Source of the DNA: an uncultured delta proteobacterium
GTDB taxonomy: Bacteria > Myxococcota_A > Polyangia > Polyangiales > Houyiibacteriaceae
Direction: 5' to 3'
Length of the DNA: 64,000 bases
Assembly: GCA_963712235.1 (NCBI GenBank)
Contig: CAVQHC010000017.1
Location: forward strand, 142,348 to 206,347
Shown here: in pieces, positions 26,483-38,000 of the stretch
How the letters are laid out: each line of letters begins with the position of its first letter
Numbering within the stretch: position 1 is the first letter of the stretch
The notes under the pieces: model-generated
What the model was told of the DNA's origin: nothing
Databases searched by the model: none
Seen by the model: only the letters and a program-made list of their open reading frames with translations
Translations under genes and position numbers: made by a program

Positions 26483-29400
26483 ATGCAAGATCAGGTACAT
26501 CGAGCCATAGCTGTCGTCGGGGTCGGCGCAGTACTTCCGGATGCACAGAACGCCAAGGAGCTCTGGAACAACGTTTCAACCGGGCGCTACAGCATCAGCG
26601 AAACACCCGTCGACCGTTGGGACCCGGCGCTTTATTACGATGCAGACCCAAAGGCCCCCGACAAGACCTATTCGAAGATCGGGGGCTGGGTTCGCGAGTT
26701 CAACTGGGAGCCCCTGAAGTGGAAGCTGCCGATTCCGCCGAAGGTGGCGGAGTCGATGGACCGCACGCAGAAGTGGTCGATCATGTCGGCGCGAGAGGCG
26801 CTTCTCGATTACGGCTATCCAGAGCGCCCGCTCGATGGCGATCGAACCGCGGTGATCCTCGGGAACGCCATGGCAGGCGACCAGCATTACAAGACGGCGC
26901 TTCGCATCTTTTTTCCCGAGTTCTCGCGTGAGCTCGACGGAGCGCCGAGCTTTCAAGCGCTCCCAGGGGACGTCAAAGCCGCAATCGTCGAAGAAACGAT
27001 GGGACGCATGCGGGAGCACTTTCCGACCATCACCGAGGACACGATGCCCGGCGAGCTCGCGAACATCATCGCCGGCCGTGTGGCGGCGGTCTTCAACTTT
27101 CACGGTCCCAACTTCACGGCAGATGCGGCCTGTGCGTCGGCCATGGCCGCCTTCAGCGCTGCCATCTCGGGGCTCGAAGAAGGGGACTACGACGCCGTGC
27201 TCACCGGCGGCATCGACAGCAACATGAGCGCGCCGAGCTACACGAAGTTCTGCAAGATTGGCGCGCTCTCGGCCACCGGGACGCGGCCTTACGACGAAGG
27301 CGCCGACGGTTTCGTGATGGGCGAAGGCGCGGCGGTCTTTCTTCTAAAGCGTTTGGAAGACGCCGAGGAAGCGGGCGACAAGATCTACGCCGTGGTTCGG
27401 GGAATCGGCGGGTCGAGCGACGGCAAAGGCAAGGGGATCACCGCGCCCAACCCGATCGGACAGAAGCTCGCGATCGAGCGCGCATGGGCTCATGCCGGCG
27501 AGGATTTGGCGACGGTGAGCCTGATTGAGGGCCACGGCACGTCGACGCGGGTTGGCGATGTGGTCGAGGTGCAAAGTATGGTCGACGCGTTCGCCGATGC
27601 GGGGCTGCCCAATTCGAGCGTTCCAATCGGCTCGGTCAAGTCGAACATCGGTCACCTCAAGGGAGCCGCTGGCGCCGCCGGCCTGCTCAAAGCCACCCTC
27701 GCACTGCACCACAAGCAGCTGCCCCCGAGCATCGGATTCCAGACACCCAACCCGAAGATCGGGTTCGGTCACATCCCGTTTTACGTCAACACCGAGCTCA
27801 GGCCTTGGGATGACTTCAAAGAAGTTCGGCGAGCGGGCGTCAGCGCATTCGGTTTCGGAGGGACGAATTTCCATGCCGTCCTCGAAGAGCACGTGCCTGG
27901 GAGGATTCAACGAAAGAAGCGGACCTCGGTATCGGTGCCCTCCGGCTCCTCGACGCCAACGGCGACCGGCGCCGTTGCGATGGCTGACAAGGCCCCGATG
28001 CGCGGTTCTTTGGTCCTGGGCGCCGGCTCGACTAAGGAGTTGGCGATCAAGCTCGATGCGGTGCTCGAAGACGCGAAGGCCGGGCGCGCGCCCAATCGCC
28101 AGCCGCCAGCCGCTTCGGATCTCCATGCCGCGGGAAGGCTGGCGATCGACTTCGGTGACGCAGCCGAGCTCGCCAAGAAGGCGACGAATGCCGCCAAGGG
28201 GCTTCGCGCCGACAACGCGGCGATGTGGAAGGCGCTGCGAGCGCAGGGCATCTTTTACCGAACGGGGGCCGCACCAAAAACAGCGTTCCTTTTCACGGGC
28301 CAGGGTTCGCAATACGTGAACATGCTGCGAGAGCTTCGCGAGGTGGAGCCGATCGTGGCTGACACTTTCCGAGAAGCCGACGACGTGATGAAGCCACTGC
28401 TCGGTCAGCCGCTGAGCGAAATCATCTTCGTCGATCCGAACGACAAAGCAGCGGTCGCCGAAGCGGACGAGGCGCTTCGGCAGACCGCGATCACCCAGCC
28501 GGCGGTGCTCGCAACCGACCTTGCGCTGACGCGGCTTCTGGCCGCTTATGGCACGACCCCTGACATGGTCATGGGACATAGCCTCGGAGAGTACGGTGCC
28601 TTGGTGGCGAGTGGGGCGCTCGGCTTTCGCGAGGCGCTCGAGGCGGTCAGCGCGCGCGGACGGGAGATGACCAAGGTCTCGGTCGACGACAACGGCTTGA
28701 TGGCCGCCGTCCTCGCGCCGATTGATGAGGTGCAGGCGATTGTGAGCTCGGTCGATGGATACGTGGTCATCGCCAACATCAACAGCTTCGGCCAGTCTGT
28801 GATTGGTGGTTCGACCCCGGGTGTGACGGCGGCGATTGAGGCGATCGCGAAGGCCGGCCACCAGGCTATCCCGCTCCCGGTCAGTCACGCGTTTCACACC
28901 GAGGTCGTTGCCCCAGCAAGCGGCCCGCTCAAAAAAGAGATCGCACGGCTCGGCATCGAATCGCCGAAGATTCCAATCGTCGCCAACGTCAGCGGTGAGT
29001 TCTACCCGATGGGGCCGAACGTCGCCGAAGAGATGATCGAGCTCCTCGGTCGGCAAATCGCCTCGCCGGTGCAATTCGTGAAGGGGCTCGAGACTTTGTA
29101 CGACGCGGGGGCACGGGTCTTCGTCGAAGTCGGTCCGAAGTCCGCTCTGGCGCGATTTGCCGAAGATGTGCTTGGCAGCAAGGCCGACTCCCTGTCCCTG
29201 TTCACCAACCACCCGAAGATCGGGGACGTCGCGGCCTTCAACGCAGCGCTCACCGGGCTCTATGCGAGCGGGCACGGCGCGCCCAAGAGCGAGCGCAGAT
29301 TGCAAGAGCTGAGCAGCAACGGAGCAGCGACCCGCGTGGCTGCTGCAGCGGCTCCGGCCGTGCCCCCGACGCTTACCGTTTCGGCGCGTCGGGCGCCCCA

Positions 29401-32400
29401 ACGGGCATCATCCGCCGTGGGAGGCGATCGCTATGCCCAACTCGGCCGCTTGTTTGCCGATTTCCTCGACCAAGGGATGGAGATCTATCGCGGCGGGACC
29501 GCCGTCGATTCCGGAGAGCCGGTGGTCGTCACCGGAGCGACCATCGGACTGCCCGGCGGGGAGAAGGTCTTTGCGGACGAAAACGTCGACCGGATGCTGC
29601 ACGGTCAGAGCTTCATCGACGCGATCCCGGTGGGGCTTCGTCGTGCGATGGCGGACAAGAAGATCACCCGCCTCGTGAAATCGGAAAAAGGCGGGGCGCG
29701 CTTCGAAACGATCGACTCGCCCGCCGACGTGATCAAGCTCGCCGGCCGGGCTGGCGACATCGCCTTGTCGAGCGATTTCGGCATTCCCGAGGAGCGCGCG
29801 GCCGCGATGGACTCGACGACACGAATGGCCGTTGCCGCAGGAGTGGAGGCGCTACGCGACGCGGGGATTCCGCTCGTGATGCACTACAAGACGACGACCA
29901 AGGGAACGAAGCTTCCCGACCGCTGGGGCTTACCCGCGGAGATGCAAGACGAGACCGGCGTCATCTTCGGTTCGGCGTTCCCCGGCTCCGACATGTTCAT
30001 GGGCGAGGCTCGGCGATACTACGAGAGCGAGACGCAGGAGAGACTGCTCGATGAGCTGCGCAGCTTAAGGGCGCGCATGGCAAGCAACGGCGGCGACCCG
30101 CTAGGCGCAGAAATCGACCGTCGAATCGCGGAAATCGAAAGCGACCGTCAGCGCGATCCGTACACGTTCGACCGGCGCTTCCTGTTCAAAGCGCTGTCGA
30201 TGGGCCACTCTCAGCTCGCGGAGTACATCGGCGCGCGCGGGCCGAACACCCAAATCAACTCGGCGTGTGCCAGTGGAACGCAGGCTGTGGCGCTAGCCGA
30301 GGATTGGATCATGCGCGGTCGGTGCAGGCGCGTCGTGGTCGTCACCGCGGACAACGTGACGAGCAACAATTTGATGGAATGGATCGGTGCGGGTTTCCTG
30401 GCCAGCGGCGCCGCGGCGACGGACGAGGTACTCGAGGACGCCGCCCTTCCCTTCGATCGTCGACGTCACGGCCTCATCCTTGGAATGGGCGCTTCGGGCA
30501 TGGTCATCGAAAGCGCGGACGCGGCCCGCGAACGCGGTCTGAGGCCAATCGCACAGGTGCTCGGTACGGTGACCGCCAACAGCGCCTATCACGGCAGCCG
30601 TTTGAACATCGAGCACATTCAGGGTTTGATGGAAAAGCTGGTCGCAGACTGTGAGGCGCGGCACGGCATCGATCGCGCGGCGATCGCGCCGAACACGGTA
30701 TTCGTTTCACACGAGACGTACACACCGGCACGCGGCGGTAGCGCTCAGGCGGAGATCAGCGCGCTTCGCAAGGTCTTTGGCGCCAACGCGGACAGCATCG
30801 TAATCGCAAACACGAAGGGCATGACGGGTCATGCGATGGGTGCGGGGGTGGAAGACGCGACCGCCATGAAGATTCTCGAGACGGGTTTGGTCCCGCCGGT
30901 GGCAAACTTCAAAGAGGTGGACCCGGAGCTAGGTGCGCTAAACCTCTCGAGAGGCGGGAGCTACCCCGTTCAGTATTCACTTCGACTGGGCGCTGGGTTC
31001 GGCTCCCAGATTAGCCTGTCGCTCTGCCGTTGGGTCCCGAGCCCAGACGGGCGTCGACCGGCGCCAAGGGAGCTGGGCTACACGACTCGGGTCGAGGATC
31101 GAGCGCTCTTCGAACGCTGGGTTGCGTCCGCCACCGGCTACGCCTCGCCGGAGTTGGAAGTGGTGAATCGGACCCTGCGGGTGAAGGATCAGGGTCCCTC
31201 GGCCGCAGTCGCGGTGTCAGCGTCAACGGCAGTGTCAGCGTCAGTGCCAGCGTCAGTGCCAGCGTCAGCGCCAGTGCCGGCGTCAGCGCCAGTGCCGGCG
31301 CCGGCGCCGGCCATCGACCCCGTGACGGCGAAGGTCTTGTCGATCGTCTCCGAGCAGACGGGATATCCCTCCGACATGCTCGACCTCGAGCTCGACCTCG
31401 AGGCCGACCTCGGGATCGACACCGTCAAGCAGGCGGAGACCTTTGCTGCAGTGCGCGAGGCGTACGATATCGAGCGCGAGGACAATCTCGAGCTTCGGGC
31501 GTTCCCGACGCTCGGGCACGTGGTTCAGTTCGTCCGCGACCGCCGACCAGACTTGATGGCCGCGCCATTGCCAGCGCCAGCGTCAGCGCCAGCGTCAGTG
31601 TCAGTGCCAGTGCCAGTGCCAGTGCCGGCAATCGACCCCGTGACGGCGAAGGTCTTGTCGATCGTGTCCGAGCAGACTGGGTATCCCTCCGACATGCTCG
31701 ACCTCGAGCTCGATCTCGAAGCAGACCTCGGGATCGACACCGTCAAACAAGCAGAGACCTTTGCTGCAGTGCGCGAGGCGTACGATATCGAGCGCGAGGA
31801 CAATCTCGAGCTTCGGGCGTTCCCGACCCTCGGGCACGTGGTTCAGTTCGTCCGCGACCGCCGACCAGACTTGGCGGCAGCGCCAGTGTCAGCGCCAGCG
31901 CGAGTGTCAGCGTCAGTGCCAGCGCCAGCGCAGCGACCCGGTGACCGCGAAGGTACTCGCGATCGTGTCCGAGCAGACTGGGTATCCCTCCGACATGCTC
32001 GACCTCGAGCTCGACCTCGAAGCGGACCTCGGGATCGACACCGTCAAGCAGGCCGAGACCTTTGCCGCCGTGCGCGAGGCGTACGATATCGAGCGCGAGG
32101 ACAATCTCGAGCTTCGCGACGTTCCCGACCCTCGGGCACGTGGTGCAGTTCGTCCGCGACCGCCGCCCGGATCTGGTGCCAGCGCCAGCGCCAGCGTCAG
32201 TGCCAGCGTCAGTGCCAGCGCCGGCGTCAGAAGATTTGATCACCCAGAAGGTGCTCGAAGTCGTCGCGTCGGTCACCGGCTACCCGCCCGTAATGCTCGA
32301 GCTCGACCTGGACCTCGAGGCGGACCTCGGAATCGACACGGTCAAGCAAGCCGAGACTTTTGCCGCCGTGCGCGAAGCGTATGGAATTCCTCGCGACGAC

Positions 32401-35022
32401 AAGCTCGAGCTTCGAAATTTCCCGACGCTCCATCACGTCATCGCCTGGGTGAAAGAATCCATTCCCGAGGCTGCGGCGTCGGCAGCCGCTCAGGCCGAAG
32501 CCGCCGACGCTTCACCTGCCGCAGTGGCAGCGCACGAACCGGCGGAAGGGCTGCGCCGTGTTCCCGTGGCCGTGCTCAGGCCTCCGCTATCCGCCTGCAA
32601 GCCGACCGGCGTCAATTTCGTCGAAGGGGCACGCGTCGTCGTGATGGCCGATCGGGGACCGGTCGGAAAGGCGCTGGTCAAGCAGTTGAAGAAGCTCGGC
32701 GTCGAGCTGCTCGTCGTCGACGACACACCTTCTGCGGAAGAGCTCAGTCTGAGGCTCGAAGGCTGGATGAAGGACGGTCCGATCCTCGGCGTTTACTGGC
32801 TCCCGGGGCTCGATCGAGAAGACCCAATCGCCGATCTCTCCCCGGACGACTGGACCAGCGCGGTCCAAAGGCGCGCCAAGCTCTTGTTCACGACGATGCG
32901 CACGCTTTACGAGCAGATCTCGGGGCCGGGCAGGTTCCTGATGTCGGCGACGCGCTTTGGCGGGAAGCACGGCTTCGACGAGCCTGGCGCGGTGGCGCCA
33001 CTTGGAGGCGCCGTTGGCGGCTTCACCAAGACTTACAAACGCGAGAAACCCGAGGCGACGGTCAAGGTCGTCGACTTCGAGGCGAAAGTGAAGGCAAGCA
33101 CCGTCGCCGAACGACTCATCGCGGAGACCTTGTCGGACCCCGGGGCATGCGAGCTTGGCTACACCGGAGACGAACGCTGGGCGATCACGGCATCTTTTGA
33201 AGCGGCGCCGACCTCGCGCCCGTTCGCACTCGGGCAAGACAGCGTCTTTGCGATCACTGGCGCTGCCGGGTCGATCGTGTCTGCGATTGTCCAGGACCTG
33301 GCCAAGGCGTCGGCTGGAACCTTCCATCTGCTCGACCTCACGCCCGAGCCGGATGCCGACGACCCCGACCTTCAACGCTTCGCGAGCGACCGCGATGGCC
33401 TTCAGCGTGAGCTCTTCGAGCGGCTGAAGCAGAGCGGAGAGAAGGCGACGCCGGTAGCGGTGCAACGCCTGCTCAGCGAGCTCGAGCGAAAGCACGCTGC
33501 GCTCCGGGCCATCGAATCGGTTCGCGCTGCGGGCGGCAAGGTGCACTATCATTCCGTAAATCTGCTGGATCGCGAGGCGGTCGCTGCGACGATCGAGGTC
33601 ATTCGGGAGCAGAGCGGACGTATCGATGCCCTGGTGCACGCGGCCGGGCTCGAGATCAGTCACTTCCTACCCGACAAGAAACCGTCGGAGTTCGATTTGG
33701 TCTTCGATGTTAAGGCGACCGGCTGGTATCACCTCTTGTCGTCGATCGGAGACATGCCGCTCGGCGCCGCGGTGGTCTTCAGCTCGATTGCGGGTCGATT
33801 CGGCAATGGCGGTCAAACCGATTACAGCGCCGCCAACGAGCTTCTGGCCAAGTCGGTTTCGAGCTTCCGAAACGCGCGGCCAGGCACGCGGGGCATCGTC
33901 GTCGACTGGACCGCCTGGGCAGACATCGGCATGGCATCCCGCGGATCCATCCCCAAGATGATGGAGTTGGCCGGCATCGACATGTTGAAGCCTGCGGACG
34001 GCCTTCCGGTCGTACGTACCGAGCTCGAAGCGGGCACATCCGGTGAGGTCGTGATTGGCGGCGCGCTCGGAATCCTCATGCAGGAATGGGACGAAACCGG
34101 CGGGCTCGACCCGAGGAACCTTCAAGCGGTCCGTCGAGGCCCGATGAGCACGCATCTGGTCTCGATGGGCATTCATTCCGGTCTCCAGGTCGAGACTACG
34201 CTGGACCCGCGGGAGCAGCCTTTCCTCTACGACCACAAGATCGGCGGTACGGCCGTCTTGCCGGGTGTGATGGGGCTCGAGGGCTTCGGTGAGATCAGTG
34301 AGGCGCTTTTTCCCGACTGGCACGTCCGAGCTATTGAAGGCGTCGATTTCCTCGCGCCGTTCAAGTTCTATCGGGACGAGCCCAGAACGCTAACGCTGAC
34401 CGCGCAGTTCACCACCGACGGCAACGAGCTGCTGGCGCGCTGCCGCTTGATCGGCACGCGACCGATCCTGGGTAGAGACGAGGTGAAGACCCATTTCGCC
34501 GCAACCGTCCGGCTCGCGCGCGAGCCCGTCGACAGACACAGATCGGAAGCCCCCCCTCACGCCTCCGACGCGAGCGTGGCCGACAAGGACATCTACCAGG
34601 TTTACTTTCATGGCCCGGCCTATCAGGTGTTGGACACCGCATGGCGTGACAATGGCGTGGTGGTCGGCCGAATGCGCGAGCAACTCCCCGACGATCGCCA
34701 GCCAGCGGACCTCGAAATGGTGACGGAGCCACGGCTGGTCGAGCTCTGCTTCCAGACCGCAGGTGTATGGCAGATCGGCACGACCGGCCGGATGGGACTG
34801 CCGCAACACATCGACGAGCTCGAATGCGTTCGGTCCGCCGATGCGGTCGAAGGGCGGCTGCACGCCGTGGTGAGTCCGCGGGATGGTGGAAAATCGTTCG
34901 ACGCGCATGTGACGGATGAAGCCGGCAACCTCTACGTGGTACTCCGTGGATACCAGACGGCGGAGCTCCCCGAGGACGTGGACCCAGAAAAGCGGAAGCC
35001 TCTCCGCGCGGCGATGGACTGA
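26483..35022 (+). CDS. iterative-type type I polyketide/fatty-acid megasynthase, KS-AT-KS-ACPx4-KR-DH, carrying two +1 frameshifts around ACP3
   Basis: KS1 spans 26498-27890 (Cys codon 27131 in DAACASA; His 27533 and 27653). AT spans 28284-29160 (GQGSQ; GHSLGEY, Ser codon 28580). KS2 spans 29515-31035 (INSACASG, Cys codon 30266; [20 protein letters not shown]). The ACP array spans 31316-32460. KR spans about 32610-34060 (ITGAAGSIV; Tyr codon 33823). The hot-dog DH spans about 34140-35019 ([14 protein letters not shown], His codon 34234). ORF pieces: 26483..32239, 31761.. (ACP3 body) and 32062..35022. Confidence 0.9.
31316..32460 (+). repeat. tandem array of four carrier-protein (ACP-like) coding repeats with Pro/Ala/Ser/Val linkers
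   Basis: The unit [79 protein letters not shown] is repeated with offsets of 318, 301 and 298 nt. Copies 1-3 are nearly identical in DNA. Copy 4 has diverged. Confidence 0.9.
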
Positions 35023-35028
35023 ACGAAG

Positions 35029-38000
35029 ATGGGCAATATGACCTTCACGCGAATTGCAATCGTAAACCGCGGCGAACCTGCGATGCGATTCATCATCGCC
35101 GCGCGGGAGTACACGCAGGAGCATCGCGAGGCGCTTCACACGATCGCGCTTTACACGGATCCCGACCGCCGAGCGATGTTCGTACGCGAGGCCGACGAAG
35201 CGTACGCGCTCGGCCCTGCAACCTTCGTGACCAAGGACGGCCATCGCAAGTCGAGCTACCTCGACTACGACCGCCTCGAGCGCGCCCTCATCGAAACACG
35301 TGCCGAAGCGGTTTGGCCAGGATGGGGCTTCGTGGCCGAGCACCCCAGGTTTGCAGACCTCTGCGAACGACTCGGGCTCGTCTTCATCGGGCCGACGGGG
35401 GACATGATGCGCAAGCTGGGCGACAAGATCGCCTCCAAGCAGCTCGCAGAAAAGGCGGAGGTTCCGGTCGCACCCTGGAGCGGTGGTGAGGTGGCGACGC
35501 TCGACGATGCGCGTACGCACGCGGCGCGCCTCGGCTACCCTCTGATGATCAAGGCGACCGCAGGTGGCGGAGGCCGTGGGATCCGCCGCGTACAAAGCGA
35601 GTCCGAGCTGGCTGACGCGTTTCAAAGCGCGAGATCGGAGGCCGAGAAGTCTTTCGGAGACCCTGCGGTGTTCCTAGAGCGAATGGTGACTGGGGCGCGC
35701 CACGTCGAGGTTCAGATTATCGCGGACGACGAAGGAACGACTTGGGCGCTGGGCGTGCGCGACTGTACCGTCCAACGGCGCAACCAGAAGATTCTCGAAG
35801 AGACCCCTTCGCCGGCGCTGAGCGAGGAGCAACAGACTGAGCTCGAGCAAGCCGCAATCCGGCTGACCCAAGCGATCGGCTATCGAAACGCGGGAACGGT
35901 GGAATTCCTTTATCACCAGCCGACGCGGCAGTTCTCGTTCATGGAGGTCAACGCGCGGCTGCAGGTCGAGCACCCGGTCTCGGAGATTGTCACCGGCGCC
36001 GACCTCGTGAAGCTACAGATCCACGTCGCGCGAGGCGGCCGACTGGACGCGGTACCCCCCGTCAAGCGTGGGTACGCGATCGAAGCGCGGCTGAACGCCG
36101 AGGATCCGGAAGACAACTTCGCGCCCTCGCCTGGGCTCGTCGAACAACTTCGGCTGGCGAGCGGCCCCGGCCTGCGGGTCGATACCGGCATTGCGGAAGG
36201 CGATCGAATCCCGTCCGAATTCGATTCGATGATCGCCAAGATCATCGCCCACGGGCGCACGCGTGAGGAGGCGCTCGCCCGGCTTCGGCGGGCGCTCCTC
36301 GAAAGCGAGGTCGTGATTCGCGGGGGCGCCTCCAACAAGGGCTTTCTTCTCGGCTTGGTGGACAATCCAGCGGTTCGCTCTGGCGAGGTCGATGTGGGCT
36401 GGGTCGACCGCCTCGTCGCTGAGGGGAGGCACCTGCCCCGCGAGGGAGCGGAACTCGCCCTCCTGCAGGCTGCAATTGAAACCTATGACGCAGAGCTCGA
36501 TGTGGAGCGCGCGCAGTTCTACACCGCCGCGGCGCGAGGGCGTCCGCAGGTGGAAGACACACACGGACAGGCGATGGAGCTCACCCATGCCGGACATACC
36601 TACGAGCTCACCGTCTTTCGCCTGGGCCCAGACCGCTACCGGATCGACGTCGATGCGCAGCGCATCGAAGTCGTGGTGGAACGCTTCGAAGGCGCAGAGC
36701 GTCGGCTCCGGATCGGCAATCGGCACGCGCGAATTCAGTCGGTCGACCAGGGGCTGAGTGTCCTCGTGGAGGTCGACGGTGTGCCGCACCGCATCTCTCG
36801 AGACCGTGGCGGCCTCGTCCGTGCACCATCGCCAGCAGTCGTGGTCAATGTGCTCGTTTCGGAGGGCCAAGACGTCGCGGTTGGAGATGGGCTCGTCGTC
36901 CTCGAAGCGATGAAAATGGAAATGGTCATCGGCGCGAAGTTTGCCGGCAAGGTGCGCGAGGTCATGGTGATGAACAACGTGCAGATCGCGATCGGCGCGC
37001 CGATGTTGCTCATCGAGCCGAGCGGTGGCGAAGCCGCTTCTGCGTCGGACGAGCGCTTGAGCTTTTCCACCCTCTCGGTCGAGCAGGATCAAGACTATTC
37101 GGTCTACCGGCACAATCTAATCGAGCTCAAACGCCTAATCATGGGCTTCGACGCGGACCGTGTGGAGCTTTCGCGTGAAATCGAGGATGGCAACATCGTT
37201 ACCGCAAGCGTGGCGCCCGACGATTCTGGACGCCTTGCGCTCGAAGACCAGATCCTCAACGTCTTCGTGGATCTGTGCTCTTTGTTCCGCCGGCAGTCGC
37301 GCTACGAGGACGGGTCTGAAGACTTCGGAAAACACACCGCCGAAGAGTATTTGTTCACGTTCCTCCGCGACCTCGTCGTTCGTCGTGAAGAGGAGCTCCC
37401 GGCATCGTTCGTCTCCAAGCTTCGTAGGGCCATTGGCCACTTCGGTCTGGCCGAAATTCAGCGCAACGCCGAGCTGCAAGGGGTGCTGTTTCGGATCTGC
37501 AAAGGAAACAAGCGGATCGACGAACAGGTCGCACCAGTGCTGAGCTTGCTGCAGGGCCGCCTCGATAACATCGGCACGCTTCGCGAGGCGGTTGGAGACG
37601 ACTTCCGCGAGCTCTTGTCTCGAATGATCATCGAGACTCAGGATCGCTACCCCGCCATCCATGATCTGGCACGCGAGCTGCAGTATCACTACTTCGAGCG
37701 CCCAATTCAGGAGCGCGTCGAAAAAGAGACACTAGCCAAGGTCGATCGGATTCTCGCGCAGCTAGTCGCGGACCCGCAGGGCCCGGACAGAGCCGCACGC
37801 ATCGCAGAGCTCGTCGCCGTTCCCCAACCTCTCAAGGGGTTCATGTCGCGGCGGCTGGAGCAGGCGAGCCATGACGAACGTCTGATCATGCTCGAGACCC
37901 TCGCCCGCCGATACTACAAGATGTGCGATCTGAGGGACTTCGAACTGCTCTCCGACGGCGGAATTGACATTTCCAAGTGCTGGTATGAGTACGAAGGCAA

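Noticed and set aside
25060-29401. Long minus-strand ORFs 25060..26406 (448 aa) and 27344..29401 (685 aa). The same applies to 36013..37113, 34390..35625 and 39055..39870.
   Set aside because: They are antisense to strongly supported ACAD, PKS and carboxylase genes. Their composition is Arg-rich and they carry no motifs, as is typical of GC-rich shadow ORFs.
31200-32460. CRISPR-like periodicity of the ~300-bp repeats. The same question arises for the 210-bp repeats at 45.0-46.0 kb and the 6- and 12-bp repeats.
   Set aside because: The repeats are far longer or shorter than CRISPR units. The sequences between them are themselves conserved and coding, and there are no cas genes. These are protein-domain tandem repeats and microsatellites.
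26483-35022. Calling the megasynthase a canonical PUFA synthase PfaA.
   Set aside because: No pfaB/C/D-type partners (KS-CLF, FabA-like DH pair, ER) occur in the window. It has an extra KS, and its carrier motif (GIDTVKQAE) differs from the PUFA-type LGIDSIKRVEI. I therefore describe it only as PfaA/PksE-like.
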